Assembly: GCA_977030845.1 (NCBI GenBank)
Contig: OZ365113.1
Location: forward strand, 38,316,001-38,380,000
Source: Fimbriosthenelais zetlandica
Lineage: Eukaryota
Reading direction: 5' to 3'
Length of the DNA: 64,000 nt
Below, piece by piece: positions 39,834-52,643 of the stretch. The notes beneath the pieces are model-generated. The model ran no database searches and had not been told where the DNA came from. It worked only from the letters and a program-made list of their open reading frames with translations. How positions within the stretch are numbered: position 1 is the first letter of the stretch; every line of letters begins with the position of its first letter. A program made the translations under genes and the position numbers.

Positions 39834-41972
39834 ATTGTCACTATTTCTCTACGCAACAAAGAACGGCTGGTCACTCTGAGCGATAATACAGCACCTGTTT
39901 GATCTCGTACGTTCTCGCGTGAGTTGGACGAGACTTTCCTGAATAAGTCACTAGGTGTCGCCCCTATCAGTTTCCCGCCACAACTGCACGAACATGGCTC
40001 GCGCTCCTTTAGTGTAGTCAGGATAATCATGAGCTGTGTTGGATTGCGGCATACGTTATTTCAATTGATGAGAAATAAACATTTTCAAAACCTATCAAGG
40101 ACTAGGGCCTAGGTCTAATAATTTCTGTCCCTTCTAAGTCTGTCCGTGCCGGACTCTTCATAACGAGGGTCTGACTCTAGCAGACTATTCTGAGTAGGCC
40201 TAGCCCTAGGCTTAGTAGGCCTCGACTAGTCATGGGCCGAGGTTTTAGCACAATGTAGAAGTCAGGGACTAGGCCTGTAATATTAAATAGTATTATAAGT
40301 ATAGGTCTATAATTTAATACAAATGAATTTATCTAGGACTAGGAAATATCCTGCAAACAGTGGGCATCCTTGCACCATAGCCTATATATCATGCAAGACA
40401 ACGAGGGGAATATATGTATTGGCCCTAGCCCTTTCAACAGTGTCACTTAACTAACTAGGTCCATATTTGAATCTAGCAACGGATACTCTCAAGTGTTTTT
40501 GCCTCGGGCACAGGTTAAAGGAAGGTATACTTTTCTTAATGAGGTGTGGAGTCCATAAATCATACACACGTCAAGTCCAAGAGTGAAGGTTTTATATAGT
40601 GTGGATACCACCAGCGGCTGGAAGGACCAAGACAGAGATGCCTGGGGTGGAAAGTGGGGGAAATTAGCATCATTATCAGAACTACACACATGATAACATC
40701 AGTAGACTGATTTACAAGAGATGCATGAAATGAAATTAAACTCTTTTAAATTGCAGTGGGATTGATAATTAACACAAAAGAAAAAGTAATATATATCTGA
40801 TCAATATAGGTATTATATATCTTGATACGGAAATTTAATATTGAACTTGTCACGGAAATTAAACTTATTATTTAGCAAAATCCAAAATTATTTCATATAA
40901 TATAGAGATAGACAATGTACAGCTTTAAAAATCTTTGAAGTCTATAACATTTGGGTATATAATTATGAAAAAGGTTCCCAGGCATGCACATAATAGTGAA
41001 TCCATCATGACCCCTACCAGGGTATAGAGAATGTTTATTATAGGGTGTTTTTCCCCTCTCTGTTCCCACAGACAGACATCCCACCGGGTCCAGCGCCCGA
41101 GGCTACATATTTGTGGGGGTAAGGGTGATTATGACTACCTGACAATCACGACACTTCTGAGAAGAAAACAAGAAAATAACAGGGGCTACCGATACTTCTA
41201 TACAAAAGGACGGGGCAGTTTAGGGCAACTGATGTCAATCAAAGTCACACCTCGGTCCAATAGCGTTGAATAGATGGAGAGTTTTGGGCGTGGCTAATTT
41301 GAAACAACACCAAATCAGGAAGCATATGAGGTTACCTGAGCTCTAAACAGCGTTCCCCGAGACATATTGTAAGAGAAGGAGATATAGTCTGTAAGGACAT
41401 CAAGTAGGTCTACCGATATTCTAACCTACACTGAAAAAAATACAGCACTGATGGAATTGACGAGGACATTATTAAGCATATCGCGTCTATTATCATACCC
41501 TATAATAGTTGTGTATCCATAACTTCATAATATTACAAACGGATTTCGTCGACCCCAGGATTCATGGATTTACGTTTTCAGGGATCTGTGACAGATGACA
41601 CAAAGTCATGTCAATAGGACATATATCATGATGTCAATGACAAAAAGGTGTACATGAGCCGAAAAATAGGAATTTTAATGTATTACCTTATTGGATATAG
41701 ACTGATCGGCTGTCTCTAGATATATGTCTTTAGATGTATGAAGGCATCTCATTTTGTCCAAGGAATACAATCATTATACGGTATTCATTTTCCTACAATT
41801 TATCCTATCTCCTATATACCTGGGTACCTAAAATATACCAGCCACACCAACAATTAACGACCATAAATTTACATTGATTGGATACACCAGAGAGGATACA
41901 TACACCCTATATATGGTCTATATTTATTATCTGGATTTTGTTCACACATCTTCTGGATTTTGATTAGTAATT

Positions 41973-42359
41973 ATGTCGGCCTCAGAAGATTCTGTCGAGA
42001 AAGAATCCACCCAGCGTCGGAAACGCCAGCGTCGTCGTCGTATGTTAACGGGCGTCAGCCGACAGCGTCGGGCAGCGAACGCTCGAGAACGACAACGGGT
42101 CCAAGGTGTAAATGAAGCCTTCATGGAACTTAAATCTATTATACCAGTCACCAAACCAGAAGATGTGTCAAAGAAGGAAACACTAATATTAGCTGCCAAA
42201 TGGATAGCTTACCTAACCACTGTGCTAATTCAGGATGATGAACGACGAAAAGAGACATCCGATCGCAGTTCCTCTAAAAGACTCCCTGAAAAAATACAAG
42301 AAAAATTCACTGAACTTCTTAGCTTTGACATTGAGAATTTTGTAATAATCCAAAGGTGA
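41973..42359 (+). CDS. Class A (Twist/Atonal-superfamily-like) bHLH transcription factor, 128 aa, orthology unclear
   Basis: RQRRAANARERQRVQGVNEAFMELKSIIP...VSKKETLILAAKWIAYL gives a basic region, helix 1, loop and helix 2 in a single open frame. Confidence 0.9.
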   Translation: MSASEDSVEKESTQRRKRQRRRRMLTGVSRQRRAANARERQRVQGVNEAFMELKSIIPVTKPEDVSKKETLILAAKWIAYLTTVLIQDDERRKETSDRSSSKRLPEKIQEKFTELLSFDIENFVIIQR

Positions 42360-42990
42360 TATAAAGTGAGAATACAATTAAAATTCGTTTTAGAAATGTG
42401 ATAGGAATATTAAGAAAAAATACTTATGATGATTAAAATCATCATATCATGCATGGTTGCAATGGATCGAGGAAAGAGGCGTTTTTAGATATGTTACAAT
42501 GATGCGATTTGAGCTATAGGGAAACAAAACAATCAATTGAACAATGATATTATCAAGAATAGTATAGTTAGTTTGTATATTTATAATGCGTTTTATCTAA
42601 CTACGATGTGACTACTATATACGCGATATAAATGGTAGATGTATTCCAACAATTCCTTACAGGAAATGATTCATGACCTTATAGTAAGATAAACCGAAAC
42701 ATCATCTGGAAACAAATCACTCTTTAATTTGCTTTATTTTGTGTGGATACACTAAATTGAGTGGAAATCATTTTAGACCCGCATGCAAACTACAAATACA
42801 CATGTATATCAAAATTCTATTCATGTTCAAGTGACCTTGACTTAAGAATTGAATTAAATTCGAAAGGAAACCAACGAAAGAATTAGGTGATGTTTTGAAA
42901 TAGACCTCTTTGTTAAGAATAAAAAAAAGTCGGGGATGGTTTTTACTCGATCTATAATTTATATTCTTTGCACGCCTCCATTCTAACCGG

Positions 42991-43081
42991 GGGCCAGTTT
43001 CATAAAAAGGGTGTCCTGCATGTATTAGTCAATAGTGTTTCTATGGGCAAATGTAATATAATTCTATTATGAAACAGGCCC
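42991..43081. mobile_element. Short MITE-like element, copy 1
   Basis: TIR GGGCCAGTTTCATAA / TTATGAAACAGGCCC (14/15 match). No clear TSD. Confidence 0.6.
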
Positions 43082-44240
43082 TAGATGAGGAAAGGGAGAA
43101 GTAGAAGGCGCACCTGGTTCCAGCCCCGGGCCCACGTATACTTGTCGGGGTATATGATCGGTGAGCAAGACGGAGGCTCCCCGTTGAGCCCTGACACTAC
43201 CTACCCCCCATCACTGTCAACCTACCTGGGCCCCCGACCAGGCCCACTGCTCATTGCCAGCCGGGCCCTGGCACATTCTATAGCAGAACTTCACCAATAG
43301 TGTTATTATGGTAACAATGGATGGGGATATATTGAGTAGCAGTCTCTTCAGGGTTTAAATGGACCAACTACAATATGTCCTAGATTTTCTAGGTCGGTAG
43401 CTTTCGAAATGATATGACCATTTATGAAGTATATAAGAAGAAAAAGACCAAGTTATTTCTATTTAAAAAAAGCTTCTTCCATACCAATAATATTATCTTT
43501 TTCAAGAAATTCATCTCTCCCCTCACAAAACTATACATGTATTTGGCTTATATTAAAAAATTCCACATATATATACTATAGGCTTACACATATAGTGAGA
43601 AAATTACCTCTTTTTTCATGCATTGACCATGCCAAAGAGATTACACCCCCAAACGGCCCAAGCTCTCTGACCGTTTACCATATACATGTGCATAATGTAT
43701 ATGAATATCTGGCCGGTCTACGACTATACATACAAAATTTGCGACTCGTTCCTCGGTGCCAAAGATCACTCATGCATTGTAAACGTTATCTTATCTGGTG
43801 CTTCAAGAGCTCTGTACCCTTCTGTGATACACCTCGCCCCCCAAGTCCCGGATAAATACAACTGTCCCGTATCACGATCATAGTTATTAATGCTTCAATC
43901 CTTATCTCCATAAAGATATAAAGTATAGGCATATCTCCTGTCCAATCCAAGATAGCAGAGTATATCCCACAGATAACCATAAAATAGATCTGATCGTATT
44001 AGGAATACCAGTCGATGCCACCTTTTGTCCAGATTTATCAATTGTATGGGGACCATGCTCTATTTTGAAGCAAATCTCATATGGGATATATCAACCAGCA
44101 GTGGAAATATATTTTCCTTTCCATTTCTGTCATTGCTTGACCAATATTATCTTCACGTCAAAAGATCATTGGACCGTGCTGTGAACATCACCCTCTTTTT
44201 GAACAAATGAAGTACTATTGGTGAAGAAATTTAAACAATA

Positions 44241-47200
44241 ATGGACGTTGACACAGCACTCGCCACTGTTGGTGGCTACAAGAGGTGGCACTTGGCCATG
44301 TTCAGTTTCCTGGGCATATCCGGATTTATGCCATTGTGTTGGCAGGGATTGTCCATAGTTTTCCTTGGTAAGTAGCATATAAATTTATACATGTACATAT
44401 AAATTTGGGGCTATACGGTAAAATGTAATCAGAAAAAGTGCGTGATTATAAATACGGCTATCCAGAGACAGGAACCTTTCAATTTGCTTTCAAAATATAA
44501 ATTTGCTTTCATTGCTTCAAAATAATATCGATCCACTGTCCTTGCGCCTGTACATAATATTTAACTGTATACACGTAGAATGAAACATATTTTATTAGTT
44601 ATAAATATGGATAAATTAAATGGACACTATTTTACACAAGAAAAAATGAGTAAAGTCTACTATTCATTTTGTAGAATTAAGATTTTGCTATAATTTTGAA
44701 GAAAAACCACAACTGCAAAATACCTGCTCATAGAAATATAGCAAGTAGAAAAATGCCCCCGTTTTGAATTAATTCCTCGGATAAATTCCCAGGAATATCT
44801 CCGGATCACCATTGTAAAGTACCAGAGGGCAGCACTCTCAATCAATCCATACCCTGGATTGCGGCCAAGGGGGATACAAATGGTCACTGGGACAAGTGCA
44901 ATGAATACACGAATAGCACCATAGATAATACCACCAAGGCCTGCTCCAATGGATGGACTTACATGAAAGAAGATTATGAAAAATCCATTGTTACTGAGGT
45001 GAGAACTGATATTGTATCAGTTTTGTTTAAGATTTGAATTTAACAATTTGAAGTGAAATTCGTTTTTGGCAAATTTATTTTTAACATTCCAGTGGGACCT
45101 TGTTTGTGAGAAGGATTATCTGGGAGAACTGTCCCAGTCAATCTATCAAGTGGGTGCTCTTCTTGGAGAGATACTATGCTCGGTTTTAGTAGATAAATTC
45201 GGAAGAAGGTTATCGTACCTAATGGGTACGGTAATAATAATTATACTGGGATCAGTTACAGCATTTTCCCCACATTATATATTTTTCTGCGTTGTCAGGG
45301 CTTTCATGGCGGCTGCAGTACTTGTGAGTAAAAATGTTTTGAAAATACTACATTTTTGTTATTTTTAAATTTATCTTGAATTTATTATTAATAATTTGTA
45401 TCTGTAGGCCTATAGTTTTAATATTTCTCATTCATAATAGTTATACTGTAACATAATAGCATTCTTTGTACTGATTTCTTGGAGATGTTGTAGGCCTAGT
45501 TCATAACTGAATACATTAATTACTCTGCAGGGCCAGTGTTGGGCGGCTGAAACAATAATGATGGAAATATTTGATTCAAAAAGACGAGCTTTTGCTGGTA
45601 TTGGATTGGAGGCATTGTGGGTCATTGACTATATGATCTTGGCAGGACTGGCTTACCTACTACAAAACTGGCGACACCTACAACTAGCTATAAGTGTACT
45701 ATTGCTGCCTGCCCTAGTAGCCGTCTGGTCAGTACAACCCTTTGACAATATTTGTAGGCCTAAAATCTAAAGAGTTCTAAAGTAGAGATCTTTTCAGTTT
45801 ATCTACTATAACATTCATAAAAAATATTTTTATCAAATAAGACTCACGTCTGTAGGCCCTACTATATATATAACTATAGGTAGTAGGCCTATTTTGAAAA
45901 GTAAATTTATATTTTAGCGACAAAATATCTTCTCTGACCCCCTCCATGCAATTTGCCTCCGACATGCACGACCTTCTTAAACTCTTTCTGACTGAAAACA
46001 CTATATAACTTCTAAGGCTCGAATATTATTCGACTATTCTTGATTGTGAAAATTAGGATTCTACCTGAGTCACCGATGTGGCTGGTTGCTAATGGAAAAG
46101 TGGAAGAAGCTGAAAAAGTTCTTCAGGATATGGCGCGGAAAAACGGCGTGAAGATTTCCAGAAGACTACTCCCACCGTCAGATCACCAGACATCGGAGAT
46201 GAACTCTCTCATTAGGGAGAATCAAAATGGAAACATTCACGAACCTTTGGAAAACTCACACGGAAATGTAAGATCAGAAAAGCCACCGATGTATTCATGG
46301 ACAGACTTATTCAAGGACCCAACCTTACGACGACTGACAACAATATCCAGCCTTTTATGGTATATATCAAATTTGATTTAAGCTCTAAAAATTATGACGA
46401 ATTTCTCTTTGACCGAAATTGAATCCCTAAATCAACTCCATGCATTAACCATGAACTTTTCTCGTTTTAACAGGTTTGGGAACAGTGTGGTATACTATGC
46501 CCTAATATTAGCAGCCCCATCCATGCCTGGTGATATCTATATTAATTTCTTACTGGGAGCAGTCATCGAGATTCCTGCTTACTTCGTCACTTATCCTATA
46601 GTAGTTAAGTCAGTATACTTTTCCAAAATATTTTGCAAAATAACCTAGTGCTATATCTTTGTATATTCTATTGACGTACAGATAATCATTTTTTTAACAG
46701 GTTTGGTAGACGAACACCTACAGTGATATCACACATCGTGGCAGGGGTCTTTTTAGGAGCTATTGTTTTTATACCAGCTAAAACAGGTACACATCCCCAA
46801 TAGAGCCTGTCATACGGTAGACTCAGTATTGTAGACACAATAAAATGAAACACTAGAATCGGTTAAAACTAATAATGAATCACAAGCATCTGTGTGATTG
46901 ATTCCAGAATCAGGAACAGACCTGGCCATGCTTCATGGTGCTTTTGCTCTTCTTGGTAAATTCTCCATTACCATTTCCTTCGCCATTATTATTCTCTATA
47001 CAAAAGAGGTGTTTCCAACTAATCTCAGGTAAATACATTTATAATGTATAATACGTCTTAAAAAATATCATTTTACAATTCAGACAATTAATGTGCAGAC
47101 ATCTTGGCTTTAACACACATTTTCCCATCTAAAAGGGCAAGCAGTGGAGGCATATGTTCGGTTCCAGCGCGGATAGGCACAATGTGCGCACCTTTTGCCT

Positions 47201-47642
47201 CCTATGCGGTAAGAAAATGCTTCAGCTTCTTAATCTATATAGGCCTATAGCTGACTCGGAAGGTTTCTTATCACATGTTAAATATAAACATGGCAAATCC
47301 TGCAGCCATAAATTAGGATAAAATCTAATTTACATGACACACAGATGTCTAATTCCTTTTCAATAACGGCTTTACATGGAAATAGACTGATTCAAAAGGG
47401 GTATTTGTGTCTTTCAGGCAAAGCACATCCCATGGCTATCTAATACAATAATGGCTGCCATATCCCTGATAGCGGCAGCCATCACTCTACTCCTCCCAGA
47501 AACAATGGATGTTCCTCTTCCTCAGACTATTGAGGATGTCAAGAAAATGTACATCGGACATAAAACGTTGTCACTTCGCAGAACACAAAAGCTCAGTCCA
47601 AAGAAGACAGATCTAAATGAGAATAAACCTACCAGAGCGTGA
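44241..47642 (+). CDS. SLC22: SLC22/Orct-like organic cation transporter, copy 1 (567 aa)
   Basis: Ten exons: 44241-44367, 44793-44998, 45093-45323, 45531-45727, 46057-46359, 46474-46608, 46701-46786, 46908-47028, 47136-47208, 47418-47642; 1704 nt, open. Four-Cys extracellular loop ending SIVTEWDLVC, plus DKFGRR, PESPMWL, EVFPTNLR and LLLPET. Confidence 0.95.
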
Positions 47643-48263
47643 ACTGGTATATACTGATATATTTAAAAAATATAAATATATAAAAAATATATAAAAATAA
47701 TTAATGATAACTTCGAAAATAATACCAAGCAAGTCCGAACCAATAAAACAATAAATTATTATATAATTAAAGACAGCGTGCAAAATTGTTTTATCATATA
47801 TATTATATTTAGTTACATAGCATATAGACCCACTATATAGGTTACATGTACATTGTTTTATGGTGCCAGCGTACATGCAGGCAACTTATTTTGTTGTCCC
47901 CTTCTGTCATCGTCACTCATTAGCACCCTACCCAGTTTATCAGATGTATACAAGTACCATATTTATTAAAAGCCCCACATTCACCCTACAACCGGCGAGT
48001 AGTCATAATTATATGTGATGTGCGAATGGCACTGCAGGATGGAATGGGCATATAATAAATAATCAGCACATAAGGCTAATGAAGCCTTTGATATGTTGAC
48101 ACCAGTAGGGGTGTCTGGTGGGGGAGGGGGGCATGCAGTGGTGAGTAAATCTAGTGAATATTCAAAAAGAAGGACGCGGGGCAGTTTAGGGCATGTGGTG
48201 GGATGGTTTTATATTTCCTCTGATGAAATAGACGCCCCTAATATGGGTATCCCTGGAATCCCG

Positions 48264-48378
48264 GGGCCAGTTTCACAAAAAAAATATGCCATGTACGGGG
48301 TGTATGCATTAGCCAACGGTGGTTCTATGAGCAAATGAAATCCGGGATGAAATGTACAATTCATATGAAATAGGTCCC
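48264..48378. mobile_element. Short MITE-like element, copy 2 (homologous to 42991-43081)
   Basis: GGGCCAGTTTCACAA ... ATATGAAATAGGTCCC, with shared internal tgcat..tag.caa...ttctatg.gcaaatg. Confidence 0.55.
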
Positions 48379-49381
48379 ATGAAATGTATAGGCCTACAAT
48401 GAGACGTGGAAGGCGAACGTTACCTTAAGATAATATTCAAGTATAGGATCATCCTCATTTTTTGTGTGTTACTAAAGCGTTCCACCAGTGTTCCTAAAGA
48501 AAAGTGTCATACTCCGTGGATTTAGGTAAGTAGGTTAAAAAACAGTAGAAATATATTGGGGGCATCTTTAAGGTTTTCCCAGTGGATATTGCCCTGATTC
48601 ATTAGCTGGGACAAGGCCTTGACATGACGTTAAGTCATAAGGTGTGAACTATATCCAAAAAAGGAAACGCTATATTACGAAGAAGGTGTAAACTGTTACT
48701 AGAAGGGAAATGTTTTTTAAAATTAACAATCCTAATAATCCATCCTAATAAACGACTAGAACTAGACTAGAACGACTATGCCAAAGGGTCTATTGTAGAT
48801 CAGCATTTTGTTTTTTGGGTGTTTATGGGTTCCACGCCATCTACTCATTTATATCTTTGTCCAGCACATTGGGTGAGTTTGAATTTGTTGTCAACTATTA
48901 GATAACACAAAAAAATTAACGCCATACCATTTAACCCACGCAACTTTTAGTTGAACTATTATGACTGTATTACTATAATAGCAATGCAGGGTGAATACTT
49001 GTCAAGTTATACAAATAGTAGACAGAATTGTCTATTATCATAGGCACCATTATATAGGCATTCACAATTGGGGTACCGTTTACTGCATTTGAAGGTCTGG
49101 GCATTCCCAATCCCCAACTTATTTACCAACTCATAAAAAACACATTCATTTTGCCTGAGCTACGTTCTTCTGTACACATCGGGGATCTCATACCCAATAG
49201 GTGGGGTATATTTAGGTCTATAAATGTCTCGGTCCTAACAATATAGTTGCTCTACATGGTTTCCCGTTCAATTTCTGTCACTGCATTTAAACCAAAATTA
49301 TCTGGATTTCAATGGAATGCTGTGAACAAGATCCTCTTCTTGAATATAGGAGAGGAAGTTTGTGAGGAACGCTAAACAATA

Positions 49382-52300
49382 ATGGATGTGGACACGGCAC
49401 TCGCCACTGTTGGTGGCTACAAGAGGTGGCACTTGGCCATGTTCAGCTTTCTGTCGATTATCGGATTTATACCTATGGGTTGGCAGGGACTGTCATTCGT
49501 TTTCATTGGTAAGTTGTCTATAACTGAGCTAGAAAATGGTCTACAAGAACTTTCTCCTAAAATAAAATGCAAGAATTAAAAATGTGAACCTTTCTATTTG
49601 CTATTACCTAAAATCTATCGATTCAATGTCTTGTCCTATCCATAATATTGCCAAAAATATGTTCAACTATAATGATATTTCATAATCATTTATAAACGAT
49701 AAATATTCAGTTTCATTGGTCGGGATTTTAATAAAGAAAAGTAATAAACTTGGTCTACTGCATGTATTATTTGCAATTAAAAATGGTTGTTGTAATACAT
49801 ACATACGTACCATTTCTTTAATTAAACAATATAATTTCCAGCATTAACTCCGGATCACCATTGTAAAGTACCAGAGGGCAGCACTATCAATCAATCCATA
49901 CCCTGGATTGCGGACAAGGGGGATACAAATGGTCACTGGGACAAGTGCAATGAATACACGAATAGCACCATAGATAATACCACCAAGGCCTGCTCCAATG
50001 GATGGACTTACATGAAAGAAGATTATGAAAAATCCATAGTTACTGAGGTGAGAAATGGTATTGTATATCAGTGCTATTTAACATTAAGAGATTTGAATTT
50101 GAAAATTTGAAGTGAAATTCGTTTTTGGCAAATTTTATTTTAAATTTTCAGTGGGACCTTGTTTGCGCGAAGGATTACCAGGGCGAACTGTCCCTGTCAA
50201 TCTATCAAGTGGGCGCTCTTTTCGGAGAGCTGATAGGCGCGGCTGCTGTGGATAAATTCGGAAGAAAGATATGCTTCCTCGTGAATGCTGCAGTGATAAT
50301 TATACTGGGATCAGTTGCAGCATTTTCCCCCAATTACATATTTTACTGTGCTGTGAAGTTCTTTCTGGCGACTGGAGTACTAGTAAGTTAAAATATTTTG
50401 AAAAGTCAATACATTATTTTAGATTTCTATTTTCCTTACTTTTGGATTTTTATCCGATTTTTTAACTTCCATAGCTGCCAACTGAATCATTTCTCTGCAG
50501 GGCCAACTTTGGGCGACAGAGATTATGCTGATGGAATTGTTTGATTCAAAGAGACGAGCTTTCGCTGGTATTGGATTGGAGGCATTTTGGGTCATTGACT
50601 ATATGATGTTGGCAGGAGTGGCTTACCTCTTACGAGACTGGCGACACCTACAACTACTTATAAGTGTTGTATTATTGCCGCCCGCCCTTGCCGCCATTTG
50701 GTTAGTATAACCCTCAAGAATACTAAAAGTCAACGTTTTTTTCATCCTATCCATTTATCATTCATAGAAACTATCGAGTTAGTTCAGCAAGTGACAAGTA
50801 TTTATAGGCCTAAGTGTTCTAAAGGCAGGATATTGAAAATCTCTCTCCCTCAACCCCTTTCTCTCTCTCTCACCCCGCCCCCTCTAGGCCTCTGACATGT
50901 GTATTATACCCAGAATTTCGTTGGATCAAATACTATTGTGCTCTTCATGATTGTGAAAATTAGGATTCTGCCTGAGTCACCGATGTGGCTGGTTGCTAAT
51001 GGCAAAGTGGAAGAAGCTGAAAAAGTTCTTCAGGATATGGCGCGGAAAAACGGCGTGAAGATTTCCAGAAGACTACTCCCACCGTCAGATCACCAGACAT
51101 CGGAGATGAACTCTCTCGTTGGAAAGAATCAAAATGAGAACTCTCTCGTAGGAAAGAATCAAAATGAAAACCCTAGTGTTTTTTGGGAACACTCACAAGA
51201 CAAGATAAGAATAGAAGAGGCGCCGATTTACCCATGGTCCGACTTATTCAGAAACCCTACGATGCGACGAATGACAGCATTGTCAAGCTTTTTATGGTAG
51301 GCCCATATACAATTTGGTTTCAGCTTCAAAATGTCTGAAGAATTTCTGTTGCATGTAAATTGAATCCCTAAAGAAATTCAATCCCTAAAGAAATTCAATG
51401 CATAACCATGAGTTTTTTTTCGTTCTAACAGGTTTGGGAACAGTGTGGTTTACTATGCCCTAATATTAGCAGCCCCATCCATGCCAGGTGATGTCTATCT
51501 TAACTTTTTTCTCGGAGCAGTCATCGAGATTCCCGCATACATCATCACCTATCCTGTAATGCTTAAGTCAGTACATTTTTTCACAATACTATCCTGATTA
51601 CTAAATTCCCTAAATAACATTCGAAATTGTTAGTATTTCTGAATATTGTAAGGTGATTTATGATTCTTTTCACAGGCTTGGGCGAAGAGCATCTACAGTG
51701 ATATTTCACATCCTGGCTGGGGTCTTTTTAGGAGCAACTCTTGTCATACCAGCAAAGACAGGTTTATGACCTTTAAGGCTTTAAACTGACGACATGGACA
51801 ACTTCGTATAGATATTCGCCGTATCATAATTGTACTTCTATTGTTCATTTCAGAATCGGGAACAGATCTTGCCTTACTTCATGGTGCTTTTGCCCTTCTT
51901 GGAAAATTTTCCATAACTGTGTCCTTCGCCATTATTCTCCTCTATACAAAGGAGATATTCCCAACTAATCTCAGGTAAGTATATCCGACGAATAAAAAGG
52001 ACCCCTCACTATAAGAATTTTATTCATTTTACGGGAAATTAAACAAATGCCTTTGACGCTGAAAGGTGTGCATTTCCCCTTCTAACAGGTCAAGCGCTGG
52101 GGGTGTATGTGCTATCCCAGCCCGAATAGGGACAATGTGCGCTCCTTTTGCGATCTATGCGGTGAGGATCTTCCAACATTATTAACATAGTGTATAGTTA
52201 AACTTGAAAATCTGTCATCGTATGTTACACATAAACATTGACCTACAACTTACTGTGTCCACACACTAATCCGATTCTCTATTCGGTTTCATTCGAAGAT

Positions 52301-52643
52301 ATCCGATAGAGTCTGCTGTCCAAATATACTATATTCTATTCAAACCAAATGTTTGTCCATTAATTACACCTCATAAAGTTGGGATCGTGACTGTTTGTTT
52401 CAATATAGAAATTAATATACTGTAGAACTGATTGTGTCTTGGATTTGTGTCTTTCAGGCAAAGCACGTGCCATGGCTCCCTAATACAATAATGGCCTCAA
52501 TATCTATAATGGCTGCCGCGATCACTCTACTCCTCCCAGAAACAATGAATGTTCCTCTTCCTCAGACTATTGAGGATGTCAAGAAAATGTACATCGGACA
52601 TAGAACTTTGTCACTTCGCATACCTACCAGAGCACGATCCTAG
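49382..52643 (+). CDS. SLC22: SLC22/Orct-like organic cation transporter, copy 2 (565 aa)
   Basis: Ten exons: 49382-49508, 49842-50047, 50152-50382, 50501-50700, 50964-51296, 51432-51566, 51676-51761, 51854-51974, 52089-52161, 52458-52643; 1698 nt, open. Same intron positions and phases as copy 1. Confidence 0.95.

Noticed and set aside
41973-42359. Calling the bHLH an NSCL/NHLH ortholog because human NHLH2 neighbours SLC22A15 and ATP1A1
   Set aside because: It lacks the highly conserved KYRTAHATRERIRVEAFN signature of NSCL.
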